64,000 nt of DNA from a virus. Its lineage: Duplodnaviria > Heunggongvirae > Uroviricota > Caudoviricetes. Each line of letters begins with the position of its first letter. The stretch's first letter is position 1. Made by a program: the position numbers and the translations under genes. The notes below the pieces were generated by a model. It was not told the DNA's origin. It did no database searches and saw only the letters and a program-made list of their open reading frames with translations. Where the stretch lies: positions 20,436-84,435 of IMG/VR virus record IMGVR_UViG_3300040801_002714; one strand, given 5' to 3'. Positions 29,290 through 37,745 of this stretch are shown piece after piece.

Positions 29290-29557
29290 TATTATCTGCC
29301 TGTTCGATTGTGCCTAGTTCTATTGGTTCTAGACCGGTTTTCTTTTCTTTAGCATTCTTAGAATCAGCTTCTGCCTGCATTGATCTTTGCATACGTGCCT
29401 GCCTTTCTGTTTCAAGAGCAAGTATGGTCTGTTCAATGCTAGACACAGTGGCGTTATGCCCCTGACGCTGCTGATCTGCTAAGTGTACATAACATTTTTG
29501 AAGCTTTGTAATGATTTCATCATCCGTCAGTTCACTAGGATCGTAAAGAGGGTGCAT
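29279..29557 (-). CDS. hypothetical protein
   Basis: 92 aa, coiled-coil-like. Confidence 0.45.
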   Translation of the reverse strand: MHPLYDPSELTDDEIITKLQKCYVHLADQQRQGHNATVSSIEQTILALETERQARMQRSMQAEADSKNAKEKKTGLEPIELGTIEQADNNEE

Positions 29558-30006
29558 TACTTGCCGTCGTCCTTTTCTTGATTGGCAGTAAAGGTATCTC
29601 CGAGCAATTTGTGAATGTAATCAGTGCGGTGTAGTTCATCAGTCAAATCACCGATAGTAGGACTTGGACTGCCTGTGATTGTTCCACTGGTTGTGTATGG
29701 ACTAACGGTATTCCAATCGATAGTACTGTTATCATTGTAGTACTTTCCGGGACCATACCAGTTGTTTCTGTTGATGTTTCTTTTTTCTAGATCAACTTCG
29801 TTGCGAAGCTGTCTGACTTCGTTCCTCAACTGCTGGATCTCGGCGAGCAAGCTAGTTAAAGGGCCTTCCTCGGTTGGTGATTCAGTTAGTGCAACGACGA
29901 TTAAAAGCTCACGCCATGCATTTTTGATATTGTCGCTTTCGCTGGTTAGGATTTTGTCGATCAGTCTGACCGCATCCATTAATTCTTGTTCTTTCATGTG
30001 GGCCAC
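29557..30006 (-). CDS. hypothetical protein
   Basis: 149 aa; heptad-like LRNEVRQLRNEV. Confidence 0.45.
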   Translation of the reverse strand: MAHMKEQELMDAVRLIDKILTSESDNIKNAWRELLIVVALTESPTEEGPLTSLLAEIQQLRNEVRQLRNEVDLEKRNINRNNWYGPGKYYNDNSTIDWNTVSPYTTSGTITGSPSPTIGDLTDELHRTDYIHKLLGDTFTANQEKDDGK

Positions 30007-30055
30007 CTCCTTGCATATTTATTGTGTTTTTTAGCAGGCCCGCTAATATTGTGAT

Positions 30056-30523
30056 CTAGTTTACGTAGCAATCACCTAGGAAAAATACCAATTTAGGTTT
30101 ATATCTGTGTATCAATTCCTGATGCCGATCTCGGCTTATCACAAGCGGACCGTCAAAGATAAAGAACTCAATGCCACCTTTCAAAGTGAAATATGTTCGT
30201 GACTCGGGTGATATGAATCTGGAATCACCTCGAATCAACGAAGGAACGTCTGTTATTCTGTCGTGTATCCCAGGCGCTCTTGTTGTTACCAGCCTTCGGT
30301 TTTTCTCTGTTTCAGTAACAATAACACCAGTTGGATATTTTCTAGCAGCCATTATCGCTGCTTGAGTGTGACCCGACTGTCTGGGCATACGTATGGCTAT
30401 GTGGTAAAACCCGTGCCTTTCTTTTTCGAGTTCAGAACCACCCGAAGGAACAAACACGTTATCATGCTGCCAGATTGCGTGTTCAATTGTGTCCAGCAGT
30501 AAGCCAACCGAATCCACGTTCAC
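30056..30523 (-). CDS. hypothetical protein
   Basis: 155-aa ORF. Confidence 0.45.
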   Translation of the reverse strand: MNVDSVGLLLDTIEHAIWQHDNVFVPSGGSELEKERHGFYHIAIRMPRQSGHTQAAIMAARKYPTGVIVTETEKNRRLVTTRAPGIHDRITDVPSLIRGDSRFISPESRTYFTLKGGIEFFIFDGPLVISRDRHQELIHRYKPKLVFFLGDCYVN

Positions 30524-30787
30524 TTAGGAATACTTCTGAATCTCTTCGCGGCTTACTACGTCACCCAGTGATTGAAGCTTGAGTGCGGTGATGTCTTCTT
30601 CCTTGAGGTAGTAAACCTCAGACAGAGTTGCAGCACTGGATCCTTCTCTCACAGACCAGTCCTTGCAGACGAACGTTGACAAAAAGATTCTCCAGCCGCC
30701 GCCTTTAAGACGAACCGGAAGAATCGGTCGAATTTTCTGGTAGGTAGTAACCTGGCGTACTGGCTCACCTGAATCAAACATGTTCAC
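30524..30787 (-). CDS. hypothetical protein
   Basis: 87 aa. Confidence 0.4.
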   Translation of the reverse strand: MNMFDSGEPVRQVTTYQKIRPILPVRLKGGGWRIFLSTFVCKDWSVREGSSAATLSEVYYLKEEDITALKLQSLGDVVSREEIQKYS

Positions 30788-31008
30788 AGTTCCTCTTCGT
30801 CAATTTCTAAATCGTCGAGATCGTCACGGGTAATTCCGTAACGCTCACGAATGTCTTGGATGTGTTGTGCAATCGCAACATCACCTTCATAACTGTTGGT
30901 CACGTAAAACATCGCGCCTAGGTCAGAAGGAACTTCGTCTGGTGTCTGAGCCGGAGCGAAGCTGAGAAGAAATTTCAAGTCTGCTTGTAGTTGTTCTGTG
31001 TCCATCAA
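30784..31008 (-). CDS. hypothetical acidic protein
   Basis: 74 aa. Confidence 0.4.
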   Translation of the reverse strand: MMDTEQLQADLKFLLSFAPAQTPDEVPSDLGAMFYVTNSYEGDVAIAQHIQDIRERYGITRDDLDDLEIDEEEL

Positions 31009-31241
31009 TACTCTTTCTTTTTCAGTTTGACGTTGGGGTTGCGTATATACTTCTGCTCACAAAATAGCTTCTTTGCTTCGTGCGAGCAATAGCGTGGGGT
31101 GTTTCCTGTCGGCGTGCAACTGTCCACAAATGCTTGCAGCTTTTTGTGGTTCTCTTCAGGGCACTCACTGACCAGCACATATGGATCGTCGCTACATGCA
31201 CTGGTCAGTAAAAGCACTAAAATCAGGGTAAAAATACGCAT
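31005..31241 (-). CDS. small lipoprotein
   Basis: Signal peptide MRIFTLILVLLLTSAC with lipobox LTSAC; 78 aa. Confidence 0.55.
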   Translation of the reverse strand: MRIFTLILVLLLTSACSDDPYVLVSECPEENHKKLQAFVDSCTPTGNTPRYCSHEAKKLFCEQKYIRNPNVKLKKKEY

Positions 31242-31249
31242 AATCAGTC

Positions 31250-31278
31250 ACAAAATAGCGGGGTTTTACCCCCGCTAT
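31250..31278 (-). terminator. rho-independent terminator after the SPFH gene
   Basis: ATAGCGGGG-TTTTA-CCCCGCTAT, a perfect 9-bp stem, followed by a T-run on the minus strand. Confidence 0.65.
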
Positions 31279-31289
31279 TCTCAGGTCAG

Positions 31290-32699
31290 TTACTTACCTT
31301 GTCCGGTAATAGTAGTGTCCACGTTGAGCTGGCGAGCCAGGTTCAGGCTCATCAGCTGGTTCAGCGTCTGCATCTCAGTATTGGCGCCAGTCGGTACGTC
31401 GCCTCCACCATTGCCACCGCCCAGTACTGTTACGTTGGTCGGCACCGCACGTTTCGCAGATGCTTCAGCCCACACTTCTTGTGCACGGACCCATGCATCC
31501 AATTTCTGCTGGAGCGCGCCGTCACCTTCAATACGTGCTTCACGCTCGTATTTGTCAGCGTCAGCCAGAACCTCTTTGGACTGTGCAATCAGTCTATCAC
31601 GTTCCAGCTGAATAGCAGCAGCCTCACGTTGAATCTCCGCCTGCTCTTTCACACGCTCGGCTTCGATTAGTGCCAGAGCCTTTTCAGTCTCTGCTTCGGT
31701 GGTGCGCTTGATCTGAGCTTTCTTGACCTTGGCCTGTTCTTCAGCAATCTCGCGATCACCTCGCACAATAGCCAGTTGCTTCTGCTCTTCTTCCTGGATA
31801 CGCTGTTCACGTGCCACCGAACGATCCGCAGATGCTTTCTGTTGCATCTCCATACGCTGGATAAACGCATGGTTCGGAGTAAAGTCCGTGATCTTCGCGT
31901 CCACTACCTGGATACCAAAGCGCTGGTAGTTATGACTACGAGTCTTGAATGACCCGTCTTCGTTCATCAGCTTGGTAACACGGAAGTAAGTTTGCTCCTG
32001 GTCTCCGTACTCTTCTTGGTCAGTGCCTTTGCTAGCATCAGCACTTGCAGTACGCGGGGTACTTGCGTCTGCGCGAATCTCTTCACGCTGCACAATAAAG
32101 ATACCATTGCGCATCTGGTAGTCGTAGTCCAGCTGGAAGTCGTTACGCTTACCGTTAAAGTAATCTTCTGCACTCATCAATGAGGAGCTTGCAGTGATTA
32201 CCTGTTCCACAGTGGGAATCAGTTCGGTGCGCAGCAGGTTATCCGGAGTACGATATTCCTCTGCCAGAGCCAGGAATGTTTCGGGGTCGTCAGGCAGACG
32301 GAAACGAGTAGTCTGTTTGACTTTACCATCTACCCTGTCCAACATACGAATGGTATGTGGGGGCAGAATTGAAGCCGAGCTCTCCTCACCTTCTTCGTCG
32401 ACACGAACAGTATGAGCAACACTCATTGCCTTGCGCCAGGGCACAACAGTACCGAACAACTTGAGCTTCCAGCCCGGACTGTTGTAGCCGACCACTTCAC
32501 CTGTAATCAGTCGTACTTGGTAATTGTAGCCCGGGTCGGCATAAAAGAATGCACCGGTCCAGCCGCCGCCAAGGACCATAGCAAAACCGAGGATACCGAC
32601 AAGAGCGCTTGCACCACTTCGCACACTCTCAGGCAAGAATCGCCTTCCGATCGCGAAGTAACCTACAAGGATTATCAATCCCAAAATAATCAAGAACAT
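31290..32699 (-). CDS. SPFH/band-7 (prohibitin/HflKC-like) membrane protein
   Basis: N-terminal TM helix, SPFH core, long Glu/Lys/Arg/Ala/Gln coiled coil (QKQLAIVRGDREIAEEQAKVKKAQI...); 469 aa. Confidence 0.75.
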   Translation of the reverse strand: MFLIILGLIILVGYFAIGRRFLPESVRSGASALVGILGFAMVLGGGWTGAFFYADPGYNYQVRLITGEVVGYNSPGWKLKLFGTVVPWRKAMSVAHTVRVDEEGEESSASILPPHTIRMLDRVDGKVKQTTRFRLPDDPETFLALAEEYRTPDNLLRTELIPTVEQVITASSSLMSAEDYFNGKRNDFQLDYDYQMRNGIFIVQREEIRADASTPRTASADASKGTDQEEYGDQEQTYFRVTKLMNEDGSFKTRSHNYQRFGIQVVDAKITDFTPNHAFIQRMEMQQKASADRSVAREQRIQEEEQKQLAIVRGDREIAEEQAKVKKAQIKRTTEAETEKALALIEAERVKEQAEIQREAAAIQLERDRLIAQSKEVLADADKYEREARIEGDGALQQKLDAWVRAQEVWAEASAKRAVPTNVTVLGGGNGGGDVPTGANTEMQTLNQLMSLNLARQLNVDTTITGQGK

Positions 32700-32767
32700 A
32701 GTTCTCTCCTAGTTGATATGACTCTTGCGAGTCGGTTAAATGCACAACATGTGCATGTTGAAAATCT

Positions 32768-33322
32768 TTACTCCAGCGTCCACAGCACCTTGTGCATGTC
32801 GGTAACTGTTTCGTCGATAATGGTCTCGATGATTTTCCAGTTACCTCGTGCAAGTCCTGCACCAATCAACGGAAAGTGCAGAACGGATTCGACAGCTTGG
32901 TTTTCTGCTCCAACACGATTGATTTCCGTGAAGCAGCGAACCACAGCTTCGTAATCGACATAACGTTCAGCATTCGGATCGTCTGGGTGTCCTGCATAGT
33001 AGCGTTGGGTCATTGCGTTCACAACAACTAAGGGATTCCTGGGCAGGCTATCTTCTTGACCAAAGAGATCGACACCAGGGCCGCCGTTCACGTAGACGAA
33101 CTGAGTCGAACCGAGCTCAAGCTGGTGTGTCTGTTGCACACCGTTGTAATCGTCCCAGTAACCTTCTTCCCAGATGTTGTGGTAGGTCTCAAACACGACC
33201 GGCCACTTGTCTCGAATCAGCTTGGCAATTCCGGAACCCATCTTGCCCTGACAGTTGCAACCGTGAACTAGAAATCCAGAGGTTGCACCAGTTAACATAT
33301 CTCCGACACGATGTTCAATCAT
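32768..33322 (-). CDS. macro domain protein, TARG1/OARD1/DarG-like
   Basis: VHGCNCQGKMGSGIAKL and HFPLIGAGLARGNW match the TARG1-type macro signature; the ORF track extends to 33415, but the Met at 33322 avoids overlap with the pilin-like gene. Confidence 0.75.
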   Translation of the reverse strand: MIEHRVGDMLTGATSGFLVHGCNCQGKMGSGIAKLIRDKWPVVFETYHNIWEEGYWDDYNGVQQTHQLELGSTQFVYVNGGPGVDLFGQEDSLPRNPLVVVNAMTQRYYAGHPDDPNAERYVDYEAVVRCFTEINRVGAENQAVESVLHFPLIGAGLARGNWKIIETIIDETVTDMHKVLWTLE

Positions 33323-33323
33323 A

Positions 33324-33680
33324 TTACTTGTCCGTTGCGACGGGTGATTGGCAGTAGATTCTGTAGTGCTTGGTATCTGTTTCGAACTCATAGTATGAGC
33401 CGGTCGAACAAGCAACTACCATTTCTATCTGTACAGCAAAGCGCGATACATCTGTGCTGTTGGCCGATACCCTGTTCAGGTGATCTTCTTGCACGACGCG
33501 ACCAGGGCCCGGTGCAGCTTCGATCCCAGTATAAGGCACAGACTCTGTTCTCGGTCGAGATTCTTCCCCGGATAGCACACCGGAAATAAACGGGGCGATT
33601 ATCGTGGCAAAAATGCCGATAATCGCAATCACAATGATCAGTTCAATCAGCGTGAATCCTTTATTCGCGAAGGTCTTCAT
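33324..33680 (-). CDS. type IV pilin-like protein (prepilin-type N-terminus)
   Basis: MKTFANKG|FTLIELIIVIAIIGIFATI is a class III signal with conserved F+1 and E+5; C-terminal Cys pair (ACSTG...YRIYCQS) typical of a pilin D-region; 118 aa. Confidence 0.7.
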   Translation of the reverse strand: MKTFANKGFTLIELIIVIAIIGIFATIIAPFISGVLSGEESRPRTESVPYTGIEAAPGPGRVVQEDHLNRVSANSTDVSRFAVQIEMVVACSTGSYYEFETDTKHYRIYCQSPVATDK

Positions 33681-33894
33681 AGTCTATGCCCATAATCTTG
33701 AGGATGGATGAAACAGTTAGGAGGCATCCTATCAGTAGAGCAATACCAATGCCGCCTGTGATTAGATACAGTATCGGGTCATATCCGGAAAAGCCGAAGT
33801 AGATGGATACAACGGCTAGCATGCCTGACACAAATGCCTGCATAACCAGCATCGCTGCTTTCCGTCCGATCTCTACTTCTTCGTCATAACCCAT
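33661..33894 (-). CDS. small two-helix membrane protein
   Basis: 77 aa, two hydrophobic helices. Confidence 0.45.
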   Translation of the reverse strand: MGYDEEVEIGRKAAMLVMQAFVSGMLAVVSIYFGFSGYDPILYLITGGIGIALLIGCLLTVSSILKIMGIDYEDLRE

Positions 33895-33909
33895 GCAGCT
33901 ATTACAACA

Positions 33910-34344
33910 TTAATTGGTAATATTGTCAACTAATTCTTCAACTGCATAATCGTCGGGTAAACCGCGAATGAACACAGTGAATTTTGTATTGGATGGATAT
34001 ACTGGCTTCAGTTTCATACCTTCGTCGCCCAGTGCTAATCGCATAGCAGTGAGATCGAATTCATCATGAAAACCAAAATAGCTATCTCGAATGCTTAGGT
34101 GTGCACGGTATCTGCTTCTGTTGCTCAGCATCTTTTGCCAATCTTTTTGGCTGAGATATACAGTGCTAGGGCAAGGTGTGTAGCACCAGGTTCCCTGTGA
34201 GTGACGTCGACACCATTGTCGTACTTCCATGAACCTCACGCATTGTGAAATTGAGTTATAGTCTTCGACTATATCCCTTATCCTCACAAATTTAAATCCA
34301 CAGCCGGAAGGAACAAACTGCCCGGCCATTAGTGCGTCGGCCAT
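33910..34344 (-). CDS. hypothetical protein
   Basis: 144-aa ORF. Confidence 0.45.
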   Translation of the reverse strand: MADALMAGQFVPSGCGFKFVRIRDIVEDYNSISQCVRFMEVRQWCRRHSQGTWCYTPCPSTVYLSQKDWQKMLSNRSRYRAHLSIRDSYFGFHDEFDLTAMRLALGDEGMKLKPVYPSNTKFTVFIRGLPDDYAVEELVDNITN

Positions 34345-34775
34345 TATTTAATCACTTTGTGCCAGTGTGCAAGAAGACTACGGACCAACTTGGTCATTAA
34401 TAGATTCTGTTGTTCTCTGTCGCTTTCTTCGAACTCATCATCGTATGCAGTGTATCGAACAAGGTCGCGAGCAGACGACAGATGTGATGCTCCGTCTGTG
34501 GTAATAAAGGACAGCAATACCGTGTGGTCTTTGTCTTGTAGTTTTTCAATCAGCTTATCGTTTTCATCGAATTCTACAATGTGCAGAGATACAATCTGCT
34601 GCAAAGGAATGATGTTGTGATCGACATCATATATGAACGGACTGATCCACAAATCTCTGTATCTGATCGGCTCAACTCCCAAATGAACATGATCGGCATA
34701 CAGTGAGTCAATTAGATCCAGCGCTTTCATCCGTGGCCTCTCGTTAGCGCCCAATCTTGTAGAACTTGGTAACAT
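34344..34775 (-). CDS. hypothetical protein
   Basis: 143-aa ORF. Confidence 0.45.
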   Translation of the reverse strand: MLPSSTRLGANERPRMKALDLIDSLYADHVHLGVEPIRYRDLWISPFIYDVDHNIIPLQQIVSLHIVEFDENDKLIEKLQDKDHTVLLSFITTDGASHLSSARDLVRYTAYDDEFEESDREQQNLLMTKLVRSLLAHWHKVIK

Positions 34776-35104
34776 TCTTTCATCATAAATTCTGATTTTT
34801 CATTTTCGTTCCAGCTTTCGAATGATTTTTCTAGCTGATTGTATCCTATTATGAAACTGTTTTGCTTGATAGAAACTTTATGTGTTCTTCCGCTATCTGT
34901 AGTTAGAGTGATCAGTGACGCATGGTCACCCTTTAGTTTTTCTGCAACCTGTTCTTCGGATTTTCCATCGATAAAATCCAAGAAGATTGATTCTACTTTA
35001 TCGAGGGCAACAAAATGACCTTCGGTCGAAATTAATGTTGTGTACGTTGGGGTGTTTTTATTAATGCTCGACCGAATGATTCTTTCTTTTTGGTTGCGAT
35101 CCAT
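34727..35104 (-). CDS. hypothetical protein
   Basis: 125-aa ORF. Confidence 0.4.
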   Translation of the reverse strand: MDRNQKERIIRSSINKNTPTYTTLISTEGHFVALDKVESIFLDFIDGKSEEQVAEKLKGDHASLITLTTDSGRTHKVSIKQNSFIIGYNQLEKSFESWNENEKSEFMMKECYQVLQDWALTRGHG

Positions 35105-35108
35105 TGCT

Positions 35109-35489
35109 TCACCTATGCAGACCTTTAAGCTTCAGTGCTGTCATCGTTTCTCGTGTGAAGCATAATCTTCCACCAGGTATGTATCTGTCTATCTTGACAC
35201 CGAGCATGTCTTCCAGTATAGCGCCGGCCGCCACATCATCGTGAGAACGATCTTTTATAACCGTGTACCCTTGCTCGAAAGGAACAAAGATATAATCGGC
35301 GTAGTAACTCACACGCTGAGTTGTCATACCAGGTGAAGTATATATCAGTGCTCGATGAATGTCCGATCCGATAATATACTTCTCGGGAACCTTTCTTGCA
35401 AATTCTTCAAAGTGCCCTTGAATAATATCGTCTATGGGATCTCGGTTCAGCATAGAACCTCCGAGCGAGAACTTGACAGTTCGAGTCAC
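35109..35489 (-). CDS. hypothetical protein
   Basis: 126-aa ORF. Confidence 0.45.
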   Translation of the reverse strand: MTRTVKFSLGGSMLNRDPIDDIIQGHFEEFARKVPEKYIIGSDIHRALIYTSPGMTTQRVSYYADYIFVPFEQGYTVIKDRSHDDVAAGAILEDMLGVKIDRYIPGGRLCFTRETMTALKLKGLHR

Positions 35490-35791
35490 ATCAGCGCAAG
35501 TGCAGACACCAGGCTCTCGTCGAACTTGGTGTTGTACACAACAACACGAATCGAAGGAGTCTTGCCTTTTCGAAGCTGTTTGAGCACAGGACGAGGACAG
35601 GTCCAGTTTTCTTTGCCGTGGCCGGCATAGAAATTCATGTGCTTGATGAATTTCCTGAAGTGAGGCTCGTCACGAATAGTAATCTGAAATTCGCAGTGAA
35701 TTGATTCGCCTGACATCTCGTTGTCCTTGTCGTCTGTGTTACTGGTTATGTTCATTACACTGCTGTGTAGAATTCTGTCAACTAAAATCAA
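35486..35791 (-). CDS. hypothetical protein
   Basis: 101-aa ORF. Confidence 0.4.
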   Translation of the reverse strand: MILVDRILHSSVMNITSNTDDKDNEMSGESIHCEFQITIRDEPHFRKFIKHMNFYAGHGKENWTCPRPVLKQLRKGKTPSIRVVVYNTKFDESLVSALALM

Positions 35792-36299
35792 ACTTTAGGT
35801 TATATCGTGTTTTCATCTCCAACATTGCTTCTGCGTTGCCTATTGCATCGTCAACTGGGTGATGAGTGTGCTTGGTCTTGCGATATTTGCGGAAATTCGC
35901 TCTCTGATTACGCTTAATGCCCTTATATAAGCTGTTGATATTATGGCTGGACCAACCGAATGGGTTCTGACCCAAAAATCGGTGAAAATAGTAGTTGATA
36001 AACGCAAAATCGAAGCCGTTGTTGTCTGCCCAGAATATGGGCCTGCCTCGATTGTTGTTTAGCAGCCACTCTGCAAAGTCCTTCATGGTCTTCTCTGACT
36101 CAGGAAAAGTCATGCACTCTTCGCGACTGTGCCCGCTTACTGCTAGTGCTTCAGGAATCCATTGATCGGATATTGGCAAGCATTGCCCATAGAAAGTTCT
36201 GTTCAGTCCTGGCTCCACGATCACAGCGCCGAAGCTTACCATGCTGTATAATCCTGGCACAGGGCCATCTGCTTCTATGTCTACCACAATGTTAGTCAT
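35778..36299 (-). CDS. DEDDh 3'-5' exonuclease (DnaQ/RNase T/DexA-like)
   Basis: Exo I VVDIEADG; Exo III HHPVDDAIGNAEAM (H-x4-D). Confidence 0.7.
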   Translation of the reverse strand: MTNIVVDIEADGPVPGLYSMVSFGAVIVEPGLNRTFYGQCLPISDQWIPEALAVSGHSREECMTFPESEKTMKDFAEWLLNNNRGRPIFWADNNGFDFAFINYYFHRFLGQNPFGWSSHNINSLYKGIKRNQRANFRKYRKTKHTHHPVDDAIGNAEAMLEMKTRYNLKFDFS

Positions 36300-36762
36300 C
36301 GAGTTTCTCCTCCGGAATCATGGATCCGTGTGCCACTGGTCGGTAAGGAGCAACGCTAACATGCGATCCTGACTTTTCCCAGGTAAACAGTCCTTCGACA
36401 CACCCGTCTCGAAATTGGTAGTGTCCGTCACGCATCATTTCGAACATGATGAAAAAATTGCTTATGTTGCAGTAAACTTCTTTGGCTGTTACACCTTTCA
36501 GTTTATCAAATGTGTTTTCTTCGTCGTCTGCATCTTTTTCAAGGGTGAGCCAAACTGATGTGCTGGTCGAAGTCATGAATACTTCGCTGTACCTCAGCCT
36601 TGCATGGAAGACTGGTATGTGTAACTTTTCGTGTCTCTTGGCAAACTCTTTTTGTTCGCCCCAGCCCTGGTCGCCGCTCATGATGAATCCGTCGTCATCG
36701 ACCGCTACAGTCCAGTTTACTGTCTTAGGCAGATGTCCTACCACATTCATAGTTGCCACCAC
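36292..36762 (-). CDS. hypothetical protein
   Basis: 156-aa ORF. Confidence 0.45.
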   Translation of the reverse strand: MVATMNVVGHLPKTVNWTVAVDDDGFIMSGDQGWGEQKEFAKRHEKLHIPVFHARLRYSEVFMTSTSTSVWLTLEKDADDEENTFDKLKGVTAKEVYCNISNFFIMFEMMRDGHYQFRDGCVEGLFTWEKSGSHVSVAPYRPVAHGSMIPEEKLDD

Positions 36763-37088
36763 TCTTTTTTATAATCAGGCAGATCTTCTTTTATCCTCCA
36801 GTGGTCTTCCTCGATGCCGCCGTATTTGAGTTCTCTAGCAACAGCATCTTGAGGAGTAGTTCGGTGTTGATAAAAATCATGTAAGTCTTCGGGGTTTCTC
36901 CACAGGTAGGAATATTTTTGAAGCCAGACCACAGTCTCTTCGTTGATACGAACAGGGAAAAGAGCAAAACCGGTTTGCCATCCCATGCGTCGAGCAACAC
37001 GAGTAGTATGCTTCTCACGCTGCCTTTCGATCTTTCTTCTTTCCTTGTTTCTGTCTCGGACTCTAGAAGAAGCAAAATTGATGATCAT
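36747..37088 (-). CDS. hypothetical basic protein
   Basis: 113-aa ORF. Confidence 0.4.
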   Translation of the reverse strand: MIINFASSRVRDRNKERRKIERQREKHTTRVARRMGWQTGFALFPVRINEETVVWLQKYSYLWRNPEDLHDFYQHRTTPQDAVARELKYGGIEEDHWRIKEDLPDYKKEWWQL

Positions 37089-37501
37089 TCTTCAATCTCC
37101 CTTTTATAGGTGTAACACTGTATTTCGTATTCTCGGTCCTGACGCTGAAAAATGTAAACACCATCTTTGTTGCACTTTTTCCAGATAGTTCTTTCCCAGT
37201 CTACCTGCACTACAACTTCGCCACTGGCATTAACTGCCTGTCGTGTTATGGGTCGCGTCGCTGGATCGGGAGGACAAGACCTTTCGCCGTTGTCTAATAT
37301 GAAACAGCCATTGGCGTCTTTGGGGTAGGTCGCAAGTCGACGAAGTTCGGATTTGGTTTTAGGAGAATTAGTTTTAGGAACATACGAATCGTCGCTCGAA
37401 CAAGCAGACAGAAACAAGCTACCAAGCGTCAGTGCCGTAACGAAGTTCGCACCACTTTTCCAGAATGTACCTTTCGACCTCATCTTCAATACTCTCGTCA
37501 A
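37085..37501 (-). CDS. lipoprotein
   Basis: ...FVTALTLGSLFLSACSSDD with lipobox LSAC; start probably the internal Met at about 37483. Confidence 0.5.
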   Translation of the reverse strand: MTRVLKMRSKGTFWKSGANFVTALTLGSLFLSACSSDDSYVPKTNSPKTKSELRRLATYPKDANGCFILDNGERSCPPDPATRPITRQAVNASGEVVVQVDWERTIWKKCNKDGVYIFQRQDREYEIQCYTYKREIEE

Positions 37502-37745
37502 AATGTCGTCTTTTGTGTTTGTCTACACCAGCACTGTCTATATTAAACAAATCCGACAAATCAATCAAGTGTATCTGATGCTCTGTTCTCAAGTATAGAG
37601 GGTTTACAGGTGTGCTAACACTAGAGGATAGTTCTGTCGCTGTGCCCAGCTCATCACGAAATTTTTCTTTGCGTATGGACAGCACATCTTTGAGACAAAC
37701 ATAGTCTCCTTCGACGCTTTTGAATACTAGCGAAACTGGCTTCAT
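37419..37745 (-). CDS. hypothetical protein
   Basis: 108 aa; 3' end overlaps the lipoprotein ORF in another frame. Confidence 0.35.
   Translation of the reverse strand: MKPVSLVFKSVEGDYVCLKDVLSIRKEKFRDELGTATELSSSVSTPVNPLYLRTEHQIHLIDLSDLFNIDSAGVDKHKRRHFDESIEDEVERYILEKWCELRYGTDAW

Noticed and set aside
35109-35791. Inositol-monophosphatase/CysQ-like motifs (DPIDDI, DDVAAG) suggesting a split IMPase.
   Set aside because: The spacing between motifs is about 68 aa versus about 125 aa in the family, and the remaining metal-binding motifs are absent.
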